From contig MU626429.1 in assembly GCA_025603075.1 (NCBI GenBank), forward strand, positions 1 through 41,574: 41,574 nucleotides of DNA, read 5' to 3'. Made by a program: the position numbers and the translations under genes. Numbering within the stretch: position 1 is the first letter of the stretch; every line of letters begins with the position of its first letter. Shown piece after piece: positions 22,129 to 32,648 of this stretch. The DNA is from Neoconidiobolus thromboides FSU 785. Lineage: Eukaryota > Fungi > Entomophthoromycota. The notes under the pieces were generated by a model. The model worked only from the letters and a program-made list of their open reading frames with translations, was not told the origin of the DNA and made no database searches.

Positions 22129-23680
22129 ATAACCTTGAAATTTAGTTTACTGTCAGATATCGTTTTACAAAAAATGCTGAAGTTTTCAGATCCAAAAGAG
22201 CTATATTTGTTCCATTTCTTAACAAAATATCTATTGAATGTTGAAAATAGCAGCATCAAATACAATAGAACTTAGTTTATGAAAATTATAAAAAGTATTC
22301 AAAATATGCCGTTTATCAATGCAAATTTATTGAACAGAACAGGGCATTGGTGAAGCGTGTGAGTATAGGCTACAATGATCTTGAGGGTCTAAGTCATTTT
22401 ACAAATGTAGAATATATATATGGGGATGTGTTTTTGTATTCAAGAATTCCACTAACAAATTTTCCACTCAAGTAGTGCTTAAAAGATGGAAAAAGTAATG
22501 AAGCCAAAAAAAAACATCCCCATATTATGAAGTTGAAATTAAAGTCTTTGAAAACTATGATGGCAATTACAATAATTGTAATGGAGAATATTACTATGAT
22601 GAAGAGAATGGAGATGAAGAGGATAGTGATGGTGATATTGAAAGGGAAAAAACTGATAAAGTGATAATAAAAACATTGATAAAAATATATAAATATTGAA
22701 TTACCAAATTTGAAAAAGATAAATTTACACTTTAAATTACAAAAATCACTAGAACTACTAGATGGATATTTAAAACATGCAAAGTGCTTGAAGTTGTCGA
22801 AAATGGAGTAAACAATGAAAATAATGTAACCATTAAAAGTGTTATTAAACATTTGAGCCCAGGTGAATTAAAGTTACTTAAAATGTTTTATAGAAATGAG
22901 ATATATCTCAATGGATTAGATATTAAATCAAAATTGTTAATTTAAAAATGTAAAATTAGAGATAGAAGGATCCATTATTTCTGGAATCAATCCTAATATA
23001 AATTTTGCTTCCAATTTAGAGCTAAACATTAAGGGGTGCCTTGATACTGATTTTAATATTAGATGCTTTGGTAATTTAAGAAAACCAGAAAGTACAGGTC
23101 AATAGATGAAGCTAGCTTTTTTACAATACGAATAATGTAAATCATATCAATATATAATTACTTGAAAATAGCAACTTTACTTAGGGCTCAGTAGGTTGGG
23201 AATGCTCAATTGATAGTGACTTTTTAGGGTTGTTAATTTAAAAGAAACAAAAGCTAGTAAATTTTCAACAGAATTATTAAACTCAGCCTACCTATTGCCA
23301 AATACTAAAGTGTTTATGTTATTGATTTAACAGATGATATGAAGGAAATATTTAGTAAGAATAATTTATGTAATAGAAGGGATAGTAAAATCAAGTGTAA
23401 ACTCGTTAAAAAGCTTAGAGTCAGCTCATTTTATCAATTACTTGGGTTATCTTACATTTTATCCTCTTTTCTAAACCTTAATATATTTAGAATTAGGAGC
23501 TTTGAGCTAAAAGCTACATATTAGAAAGTTGACTGTAAGTTTTCCACTTCTTTATTATTTACTACAACTGATGAATATAATACATCTAAGCCCAGCCCTT
23601 TACAATAAGATTAGAAAAGTTCCAATGTTGATTTGGGTGCATTGTAATAAACAAAATCTTAAATTTAGATTTAGTTTTAG
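22129..23680 (+). pseudogene. F-box/LRR-like pseudogene, copy 2
   Basis: Colinear with copy 1 (e.g. CTGGAATCAATCCTAATATAAATTTTG vs CTGGAATCAACTCTAATATAAATTTTG). Start codon apparently lost, many stops, acidic stretch at the same position, MITE insertion. Confidence 0.65.
22422..22521 (+). mobile_element. ~98-bp MITE, copy 7 (inside F-box/LRR pseudogene 2)
   Basis: Perfect GGGGATGT/ACATCCCC TIR, ATAT/ATAT flanks. The empty site is in copy 1 at ~13704-13728. Confidence 0.92.
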
Positions 23681-23837
23681 TAAATATAAAATTTTGCAAT
23701 ACTAAGATAACGTTTTAGAGCTGAGAATACAAGAAAATATAGGCAATGTTTTAGAACATTGACAATTTTAATCAATGTAACACCTAGATTTATACAAATT
23801 AATGTTTTTAAGAAAATAAACAAACTAATTACAATAT

Positions 23838-23936
23838 AGGTGTATGTTTTTTGACTTCATTATTTTTTCCATTTTTTAAGCACTATTTAAGTGGAAAAAT
23901 TGTTAGTAAAATTCTTAAACACAAAAATACATCCCC
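23838..23936 (-). mobile_element. ~98-bp MITE, copy 8
   Basis: Family core, ends ACATCCCC-ATAT. Confidence 0.88.
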
Positions 23937-24158
23937 ATATACTCTTTATCATCTGTCTCTAAGCTTCGAAGATGTTTCCTTATTTGAGATAATCAAACCT
24001 TCTGCATGTATACACAATTAAAAAATTACACACAACATAAACTCAACTTTTAAAAAGAGACTTATTTATTATATACAAAATAGAAAAACGAAATGACAGA
24101 TAAACTATTGAAAAGGGGGATACAAGGAAGTGATGGGAGATAGATTGAAGGAAGGCTT

Positions 24159-26363
24159 TTATGATTGATGTGGAGAAATCTGATCATTAAAGCAAGCTAA
24201 AGATTGATTTAAAAATTTAATTTCAAAAAGGATAAGATTAATTAACCAAAATTTAGGAAACGAAGAAGCTGAATTAAGGTCTAAAGACTGTACTAATTTT
24301 TCTAAATTTGAAAAAGGTATAGAGTAATTTAAATGAAATTGTAAATTATTGATAAAATATTGCCGTATTAAATCCCATATATGTTCATCATTCTCTATCT
24401 TGTTAATCATTTCTCTACCTGATATTCCTCTCTTTACTATTTGTGTTTCTATCTCTTTTAACTTAAACTTATTATAACTAGCAATCGCTATCATTAATTT
24501 TACTTTACTATTATTATTGACCAATTGATTACGTTGTAATTTTATATAATGATAAGGTGGTATATTTAATACTTCGCTTAATTTTAGTCGAGTGCTATCA
24601 TTATCATCGCTTTTTAATATATTAATACCCATTCTAATTGTATCAAATGGCAGTCCCTTTTCATTGATAATACCATACCTCAAAAACAGTTCACGGTTGT
24701 CCAACACTGGATATTTAATAAATATCTAAAATAAAATACTTATTAAGTATCCTTTATACTAATATTATAACGATACCTCTTGATCTTCGTATAAGATATT
24801 ATCTGCAATCAACTCTAAACAGGCTGTATTTCGATTAAAGATGGGATCAGAAGCGTCAAAATCAAAGTTAAATATATCAGCGACTGGAATTAAAGCTACT
24901 TCTTGACATTGTCGGAAAAAATTATTCATTTTAGGCGTAGGTAACGGAAGGTTAATACTTCGCGTTAATACAATGGCATAACACCATTTAAACGAACTAA
25001 ATGTAAATTTTTTGATATCAAAGTAATTTTTATTTTTCAATTGTTGATACAAATTACAATAATATCGGGCACATTCTATTGTTTGATTCATTACATCTCC
25101 TATTATTTGAATGATGTTATAACATATCAGATACCATTAATATTATAATATTACCTATTATATATGAACTTTTAAAAGGCTCTATATCTTTAATTGAATA
25201 AAATAGAGGCGAATTGGGCTTATATGGCAAAGTATCAATATAACTTTGATATTTACTGGAAATCCCTTTTATTTTTTGCAGATAAAGATAAAAAGTTAAT
25301 CTCAATTTTGGATTACAATGTGTTATATCGAATATCCCTTCCATTAAATAATCTATTCACTTGTTATTCGTATTATTATTATTTAGTGTAAGTTAAATTA
25401 CTCATGTCTTTATCTAAGCATGCATCAATTGATGTCATCATACAATGGATTGGTATTTGGAATATTTTACTTCCTTTCTGGTTAAATGATGCATAAATAT
25501 AATATATTTTAATAAAAGAAATTAAGCTACCATAACATCTGAATTCAACCTAATACCTCGTCCTTTTTTAAGTGAGTAATCTGATGATAAATGAAACAAA
25601 TCTATCTGCTCAGGATAAACAAAATCTCCATTTAAATTTAGTTGATCAAATTTATGTTCAATTCCCATCTCTTCTTTTATTCTACGCTTTCTTTCTTCAG
25701 ATTCTAACTCTCGTTCATGGCTCTGGTCGATAAATTTTATAAGTTTTATTAGTTTTCCTTCAAACCTGTCCGTATCAATTTCTTCTTTTACTTGGAATAA
25801 ATTATCTATTTCATTGTTTTTTATTATTTATTATTTATTATTTATTATTTATTATTTATTATTTATTATTTATTATTTATTATTTATTATTTATTATTTA
25901 TTATTTATTATTTATAATATAATTATTTTAGGTTTAATTACCTTTCTGTTCCTCTTCTAATTTTTTTAATATACTTTTGATATTAATAAAATTTTCCCAT
26001 TTTACTTGAAAATTAGTAGATGCTAATGTTACTAATAAAATAAAATAAAATATTTCTAACACTTAAGTCAAGTAAAATACCTTGCTGTAACTCATTAACT
26101 AGCGAATTAACTAGTTCTAAATTAACCAAAACATTTGAAAAGCTACTCTTTTCTGTTTTGTACGATCGACTTGACATTGTAGACTTATTTGAACGACTAA
26201 TAGTCCTTGAGCTACTTTTACCATCTTCCATGAGTTCATCTAACTGACTACTTTTATAACTATTATTTGGTTGTTTCATAGGAATCCATCCTTTCTTTTC
26301 AGGATTGGTGCTTTGAAAACTGCTACCACTTTCCATTTCACTTCCACTTCTATGGCTGCTCAT
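24159..26363 (-). CDS. SET-domain protein of the Rubisco-LSMT/SETD3/RKM-like class, multi-exon, with a Ser-rich N-terminal extension
   Basis: Spliced: MSSHRSGS..LQQ|VKWENF..EQK|DNLFQ..KKGRGIRLNSDVM|KGSKIFQIP..; KYQSYIDTLP; FKWCYAIVLTRS; ALIPVADIFN; NRELFLRYG. Some internal splice sites were not individually checked. Confidence 0.82.
25821..25914. repeat. Perfect (TTATTAT)n heptamer microsatellite, ~13 copies
   Basis: Directly visible. Lies within the 136-nt intron 25806-25941 of the SET gene. Confidence 0.95.
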
Positions 26364-26469
26364 TCTGCTCTTGTTTGAAACGATAAAACTTTTAGTTGAT
26401 TATTATGGTAGACAAAACTTTTTTGTGGCTTCAAGTTTTAAAATTCAAAAATTTTGATTGTTAAATTTT

Positions 26470-26478
26470 TGATTGGCT
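26470..26478 (-). promoter_or_regulatory. CCAAT box (AGCCAATCA) in the 270-bp divergent SET/MBL intergenic region
   Basis: TGATTGGCT is an exact reverse complement of the NF-Y/Hap consensus, located between head-to-head genes. Confidence 0.45.
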
Positions 26479-26632
26479 ATTGATAATTTATCCATTCTAT
26501 TTCATTCTTAGTTATATTTAGATCTCGATGGAAATTTTTGGGCTAATCCATTATACTTTACTTTAATTTCAACACTGAGTTTTACTTAATAGCAAAATAA
26601 AAAAATAGCATTTTTATTTACAACATACGTTA

Positions 26633-27751
26633 ATGATAAAGAGAGTTATATTTTTGGGCACAGGACCAAGCTCAAGTTTACCTAATGTCCATTGTATTAC
26701 CCATAAAAGAGATTGTAAAGTTTGTAATGATTATGTATTGAATAGAGATAGTAAAAACGTACGAGGAAATATATCTGTTTTAATTCAAGTGTTAGACGAA
26801 GAGAATAGAGAAAAGTAATATATATTTAGATAAATTGAACTATCTTAACTATGATTAGGAATATTTTATTAGACTGTGGGAAAACTTTCTATAGTAAAGG
26901 ATTTTTTTAATTCAAATATACATCATTGACATATTTAGATTCGACATTAAATCACTTTACTAAAAATAATATAAAGCACATTGATGCTGTTATTATAACT
27001 CACGGCCATGCGGACGCCATGTTTGGTTTAGACGATTTAAGACCATGGTGTGATGTGATGGAATCAAAAACTATACCTGTTTATCTGAATCAAGAAACTA
27101 TGAATGTAGCTAGGTCAACTTTCCCTTATCTAGTTGATACTAGCAAGGCAACGGGTAAAATTGAACTTTTTTCATGAAATATATGAACTAAGATTTTAAG
27201 GTGGCGGTGCGGTAGCTAAATTAGACTTTAACATTATTAATGAATATGAACCGTTTTCGGTTTTTGGTGTAGATATTACTCCTTTGCCAGGTAGTTTCAT
27301 ATGCTTATATCTTTTTGTATATTAAATTAAGCCCTGGTTTAGTCGAACATGGCCTTTATTCAGATAAAATAACACCATATATGTGCTTTGCGTATAAGAT
27401 TGATGATATTTGTTTTGTTTCTGATACAAATAAAATATCCGATCAATCGAGAGAATATATGTTGAATTGTAATATTTTGATTTTAGATTTATTAAAAGGT
27501 AATAGATTATTTTTATATAACATAGTATTGTATTAAAACTGTTGTTTATAGAAGAGCCATATGCATCTCATTTTGGCATGGAACAAATGTTAAAGGAATG
27601 TGAATTGATCCAGCCAAAATCGTGTTATACTGTTGGCATGGCGCATCAGTTAGATCACTATGAGTTAGAAAAAAGATTTAGTCAAATAAGTTTAGAAAAT
27701 TTATTTAATCTATATCCTGCCTTTGATGGATTAATATTAAATATAGATTAA
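26633..27751 (+). CDS. PhnP-like metallo-beta-lactamase-fold hydrolase, multi-exon
   Basis: IFLGTGPSSSLP, C-x2-C, NILLDCGKTFY, IDAVIITHGHADAMFGLDDLR, VEHG, FVSD, SHFG, GMAH, PAFDGL*. Confidence 0.9.
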
Positions 27752-27808
27752 TGATATAGAATGTGTAATAAATAGTTTATATGAAATCATGTTTTATTTT
27801 TATTTTAC

Positions 27809-28954
27809 TTAGAGACGATTTTGAAAGTTTACCGGGGGCACAGATTTAGTGTCGCCTTGAGGAGTAACATACGCATTTGATAATCCACCATCAACTAAGA
27901 AGTCAGTACCAGTAATATAAGAAGATTCATCTGAAGCCAAAAATAAGGCAGCATAAGCTTGTTCAATAGCCTCACCTATAAAACACTTTTAATAAAATGA
28001 TTAAAACATCCAATATCAAATTACCGAATCTACCCATTGGTAAATGAACCATACGTCTTTCTTTCTTTTCTGCAGTGTCCAAAAATTCCATTAAAAGAGG
28101 CGTCTTCAATGGACCTGGGCAAAGGGAGTTGACTCGAATGTTATCTCTAGCATGTACCATTGCTAATTCACGACTAAAATACATTAAATACTGAATAGAA
28201 GTATTAAATAAAAAATTTACCTCATTGCTAAAACAGCACCTTTAGAAGCAGTATCTAATAAAAATTAGTAAATTAAAGTTTAATTTAAAACGTATATTAC
28301 AAGCTAATTGTGGAGTAGCAGCGCCCATAACAGCAACAAAACTAGCTGTATTTATAATTGAACCACCTCCATTCTTAAGCATTTGTTCAATTGCATGCTT
28401 GCATCCGAACCATACTCCTTTTAAGTTAATATTCATAGTCAAATCCCTATTTTAAAATATATTAATATAGAATAAAAATAGCTATCAATAATAATTACCA
28501 AATATCTTCAGGAGTAGTAATAGCATTATCGTCTTTTGGATGCATAATACCAGCATTATTGAAGATAATATTAAGTTTACCTTTATATAAAAATCAAGTT
28601 GCTAGTGTAATCTAAATTAACTTACCAAACTTTTCAACACATTTTTCTACTAACTCTTTTACTTGAGCCTCTTTTGAGATATCCACTTGAGCTATTAAAA
28701 TTTTGTCTTCAATATTGAAGTCAACGTTCTTCTTTATAACATCTAATTTCTCTTCTATTGCTTTAATATTAATATCAGCTAACACTACTTTGGCTCCTTC
28801 TTGTAAAAATAAGATACTGCTTTCTAAACCTATACCACTATTTGTTGAATAAAATTTGGTTATTCATTATTTATTGAAAATTATTTATTTATTTATTTAT
28901 TTACCTAGCAGCACCAGTGATGATTGCGACTTTATCTTGTAAACGATTGACCAT
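27809..28954 (-). CDS. Classical short-chain dehydrogenase/reductase, multi-exon
   Basis: MVNRLQDKVAIITGAA..GIG, FNNAGI, SIINTAS, YTASKGAV (YxxxK), IRVNSLCPGP, YITGTDFLVDGG. Confidence 0.93.
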
Positions 28955-29594
28955 ATTTGTTATTAATAAAAAAAGTATTTATTTATTTGTTGTTCTCTTT
29001 ATATGCTTCAATTTTTAACTAAATGCAACACAACACGTCAATCAAATTCATTTTGTTTAGTCATATGGTCATTACTTATTTTTATTGGTAAGATTTTAAA
29101 GCTATGATTATTTTTATAACTAAAAAACATTAATTCTTGTCAATTTTAGGATACACTACTGCTTATGTTCTCTATGTAAACATGTTTGTCATTATTTATT
29201 ACTTTTTATTATTATTATTTCTTAATTTACTATCTACTTTCATATTAGTACTTTTATTAAACTATCAAATGTCTACTATTATTTTCTTATCACTTTTTAT
29301 AATTTTGGACTTATTTTTAAAAAACGAAAATATTTATACCTTAAATGTATCAAGTAATATAAACGCTTTAATTTTAAAATCAAAACTCTAATAACTTATA
29401 GAATTGAAATTAAAAGATATATAACTATAGAATATGATATTAGCTAGTACAAAACTGTATTCTAGCTAAGCATCTAATAACAAAGATAAAATTAAAAATT
29501 AAATTTAAATTTAAAATTAGTTTATTAAAATGTTAATATAAACAACGATTAAATCAAATAGATGCTTTTAAAATCAAAGATAAGAGGTTATAAG

Positions 29595-31058
29595 CTAACT
29601 AGATTGGCACATTTCGATAGCTTTGCCAACGTTAATTTTTCCATATCCAAATTCATTGTTAGGATAAGTTGTACCTATATCACCGCCACAACCCAATTTA
29701 GAATAAAGCGGGGTGGCAGTTTTTCGTATAAGAATTTCGACCTCGTCAACTTTTCTTTCTAAATGAGGACAGGCTGCCATTATTAACAATGCTGCTCCAG
29801 AAACATGTGGCGAAGCCATAGATGTACCTGCCAATGATTTATAAGAAGAACCTAAGGCTGCACCTGTGATATTAACTCCTGGTGCCATAATATCTAGGCC
29901 AGATAAATTTATCCTTGAAGGTACTGGTCCCATTGAGGAAAAATAAGCTCGACCATCACTGTTATAATTTAGAGCTCCTACAGTAAACGAGTTTGGGTCA
30001 ATCGCTGGGGGGTATTGAATAGAACCACAACCATCAGCCCCTGAATTTCCTGCTGATACGGACATGAGAATACCTGCCATTTTAAGAGCTTTTAAAGCAT
30101 ATTGGAAAGTGGTAGAAGAGCAGCCTTCCGATGGTGGGCAGGTATAAGAATTACCAATCACATGGGGACGTAATTCAGGTTTTGGATCGGTACCATCTAA
30201 TTTAGTAGGAGCTAGGAAGAATTGCAAACATCCTAAATAAGATTCAGGGGAGCCAAAGTTATTATCCATATTCTTACAAGCCATCCATTTGGTGGTAGGA
30301 GAAATACCTAAATTAAGTGAGCCTACGACTGTTGACATAGTATGAGTGCCATGATCGTCATCTCCACAAGGAACAGGAGAATTAATTCCACATTTTGAAT
30401 TAGGGCGACTACTATTGGCTTTCTTATTTGCGTCCCACCAAAAATAATTATGATCGAATGTTCCATCCGGCAAAGCACCTAAATAGTTGCTCACTAAGGC
30501 AGGATGGTCGTACTGTACCCCAGTATCAGCATTGGCATATCTCAATTCAGCAGCATTTCTTCTAGCACTGTTACTTATATTTGAAGCATTGATATAATCT
30601 ATACTCCAATGGGATGTATCTCCAGTCCAATTTACTTCATTTAATACGATAGCTTCATTATTGACATTACTATTGCTTCCTTTCACTAAAAATTTTCTAT
30701 TACTAGAAATTTCCTCCACATTATCTAATTGCTCAATTTCATTAATCATATCCTTTTTACTGCTTACAGCGATAGTGTTGGTAATATAATAGGATTTATA
30801 GTACTTTACTTCTCCACTTTCTTGAGCAGCTTGAAGTTTTTGCATCAACTCAGTTTGGGACTTTTGAGCATGTTGTTGTAATTGATTTATTTCTACGTTA
30901 CTGCTAGCATCCTTCTTAATTTCTGGATGTGGCTCCAATTGTACTAAATATTCTACCCATTCTTTACTATCTAAATCAGCTAACACAGAATCAGCTATGT
31001 CAGCTTTCCCAAAGGTATATTTAAGTAAAAGTAATAAGGGTATAAAAAATTTTATCAT
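29595..31058 (-). CDS. Secreted S8 subtilisin-like serine protease, bacillopeptidase-F-like (487 aa, intronless)
   Basis: Signal peptide, I9-like propeptide, catalytic Asp (NADTGV), His (DHGTHT), Ser (GTSMASPH) and oxyanion Asn (SAGN). WMACKNM, QFFLAPT..PHVIGNSY and IMAPGVNI motifs resemble the Bpr-like subgroup. Confidence 0.93.
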   Translation of the reverse strand: MIKFFIPLLLLLKYTFGKADIADSVLADLDSKEWVEYLVQLEPHPEIKKDASSNVEINQLQQHAQKSQTELMQKLQAAQESGEVKYYKSYYITNTIAVSSKKDMINEIEQLDNVEEISSNRKFLVKGSNSNVNNEAIVLNEVNWTGDTSHWSIDYINASNISNSARRNAAELRYANADTGVQYDHPALVSNYLGALPDGTFDHNYFWWDANKKANSSRPNSKCGINSPVPCGDDDHGTHTMSTVVGSLNLGISPTTKWMACKNMDNNFGSPESYLGCLQFFLAPTKLDGTDPKPELRPHVIGNSYTCPPSEGCSSTTFQYALKALKMAGILMSVSAGNSGADGCGSIQYPPAIDPNSFTVGALNYNSDGRAYFSSMGPVPSRINLSGLDIMAPGVNITGAALGSSYKSLAGTSMASPHVSGAALLIMAACPHLERKVDEVEILIRKTATPLYSKLGCGGDIGTTYPNNEFGYGKINVGKAIEMCQSS

Positions 31059-31946
31059 TATATTTTTAAAAAATAATATAAAAAAAAGTCTTTTATTTCT
31101 TAAATATGCTTATTTATCTATTGCTATCCAATGTCAGTTTTATTTTCCTTGCTTTTCATTTTAACTGTTTTTACGTTACCTTACATTTTTGGCTTTTTAT
31201 TAATTTTATATTAATCCTTTCAGTTATCCAAGTTCTTTTTTAAACGTGCTTTCACTTATTTTTTTTTACCTTTTTTCAGTTAATTAGATTTTTGAATTAC
31301 CTTTCTGCTCAACTGCTAATTCAAAATGGATAGGCTATTACATCTTTATTTAAATTTAAGTGATGCAGCATGTCTATTAATATCTTATCTTTGTGGTGTT
31401 AATTTTGAAGTTAAGCTCATAGCATTGGTTTTTCTATATAAAAAGTCAAAAATGATTTTAGATATAAATAGTTTACAAAACAAAAGTTATTCAATATCAT
31501 TTATACAGGGTATCTACAATACATATATTCATGTCTATTCTAGTTTAATTTGTTATATAGTTTGGCAGTTGTTAATAACGCATTTATAGTTTTATTTTAT
31601 TTATTTAAGCCTAATTTTAAGGAGAATTACTATTATCAAAAGCTTTAATGGCGATTTTAACTTGAATTCTATTAATTAAATCATGAGTAAATTTGTATAT
31701 TTTCACAAATTAATTCATAGAGCAACGACATTGGTGAAAATAATAATATCAACTTTTTATCGTATTTTCAAATAGTTACTTTAGTATTCTTTGATTTAGT
31801 AATGTTGATAATTTGCAACGCTTATATTATCAAACAATTTACGTAAATTATCAATCAGTATTAAATAAAGTTATATATTTATTGATTATCAAAGAATTCG
31901 ATTAAATATTTGATGGTGAGATAGTATTTTGAAAACCTAATAATAT

Positions 31947-32043
31947 GGGGTGTATTTTTTGTTTAAGAGTTTTACTAACAATCTTTCCACTCAAATAGCG
32001 CTCAAAAGATGGAGAAAATAATGAAATCAAAAAATACATCCCC
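31947..32043 (+). mobile_element. ~98-bp MITE, copy 9
   Basis: Family core, ATAT/ATAT flanks. Confidence 0.88.
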
Positions 32044-32551
32044 ATATATTATTTTGAAAAGACAACAGAATAGCATTTATAGTCAACGTTTAATAAATTA
32101 AATACTATTCAACAAGCAATGTGACTATTTTTAAAAAGTCTTGAAATTTAGAACATGGCTTCTTGTATTGTTTATAGGAATTATTTTACAATAAATTATT
32201 TCTTATTATTTTGATTTCAAACAGTTTAAATTTAATCTTAATATTACTACTTTTTTGACTTTATTTGACAATTAAACACGCTTTAAATACTCCCACAAAG
32301 CCCATTAATTTGAATATGCAATGTAGTTTAAATAATCATTTTAAAGGTTTTTTATCATGCTTATATTTATATACAATTTTCAGTCAATTTATTTATGATC
32401 TGTTTTTAACAAAGTAATGATTATTATTTTAACTATAAGCTTGATACCGCGCAAAAGTCATTCATACATTCCACTGTTAATAAGAATTTTTTTATTTTTT
32501 TAATACTTTTTTCTTTTTAAGCTTTTAAGAGTAATAAAAAAATCCTTTGGT

Positions 32552-32648
32552 GGGAATGTTTTTTTGACTTGATTACTTTTCGATTTTTTAAGCGCTATTT
32601 GAGTGGAAAATTTGTTAGTAAAATTCCTAAACACAAAAATACATCCCC
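32552..32648 (-). mobile_element. ~98-bp MITE, copy 10
   Basis: Family core and TIRs. Flanks TGGT/AGTG show no TSD. Confidence 0.85.

Noticed and set aside
22394-22852. 152-aa hydrophobic minus-strand ORF
   Set aside because: It is the antisense of the acidic part of F-box/LRR pseudogene 2 and runs through a MITE, so it is not a credible gene.
26995-27025. MBL motif THGHADA lacking the last His of HxHxDH
   Set aside because: As I recall, HxHxDA is normal for this eukaryotic PhnP-like subfamily.
29137-29391. Short Ile/Leu/Phe/Tyr-rich ORFs (also 17867-18052, 31326-31589, 32982-33167, 36508-36702)
   Set aside because: This composition is what AT-rich non-coding DNA gives by chance. No splice or homology support.
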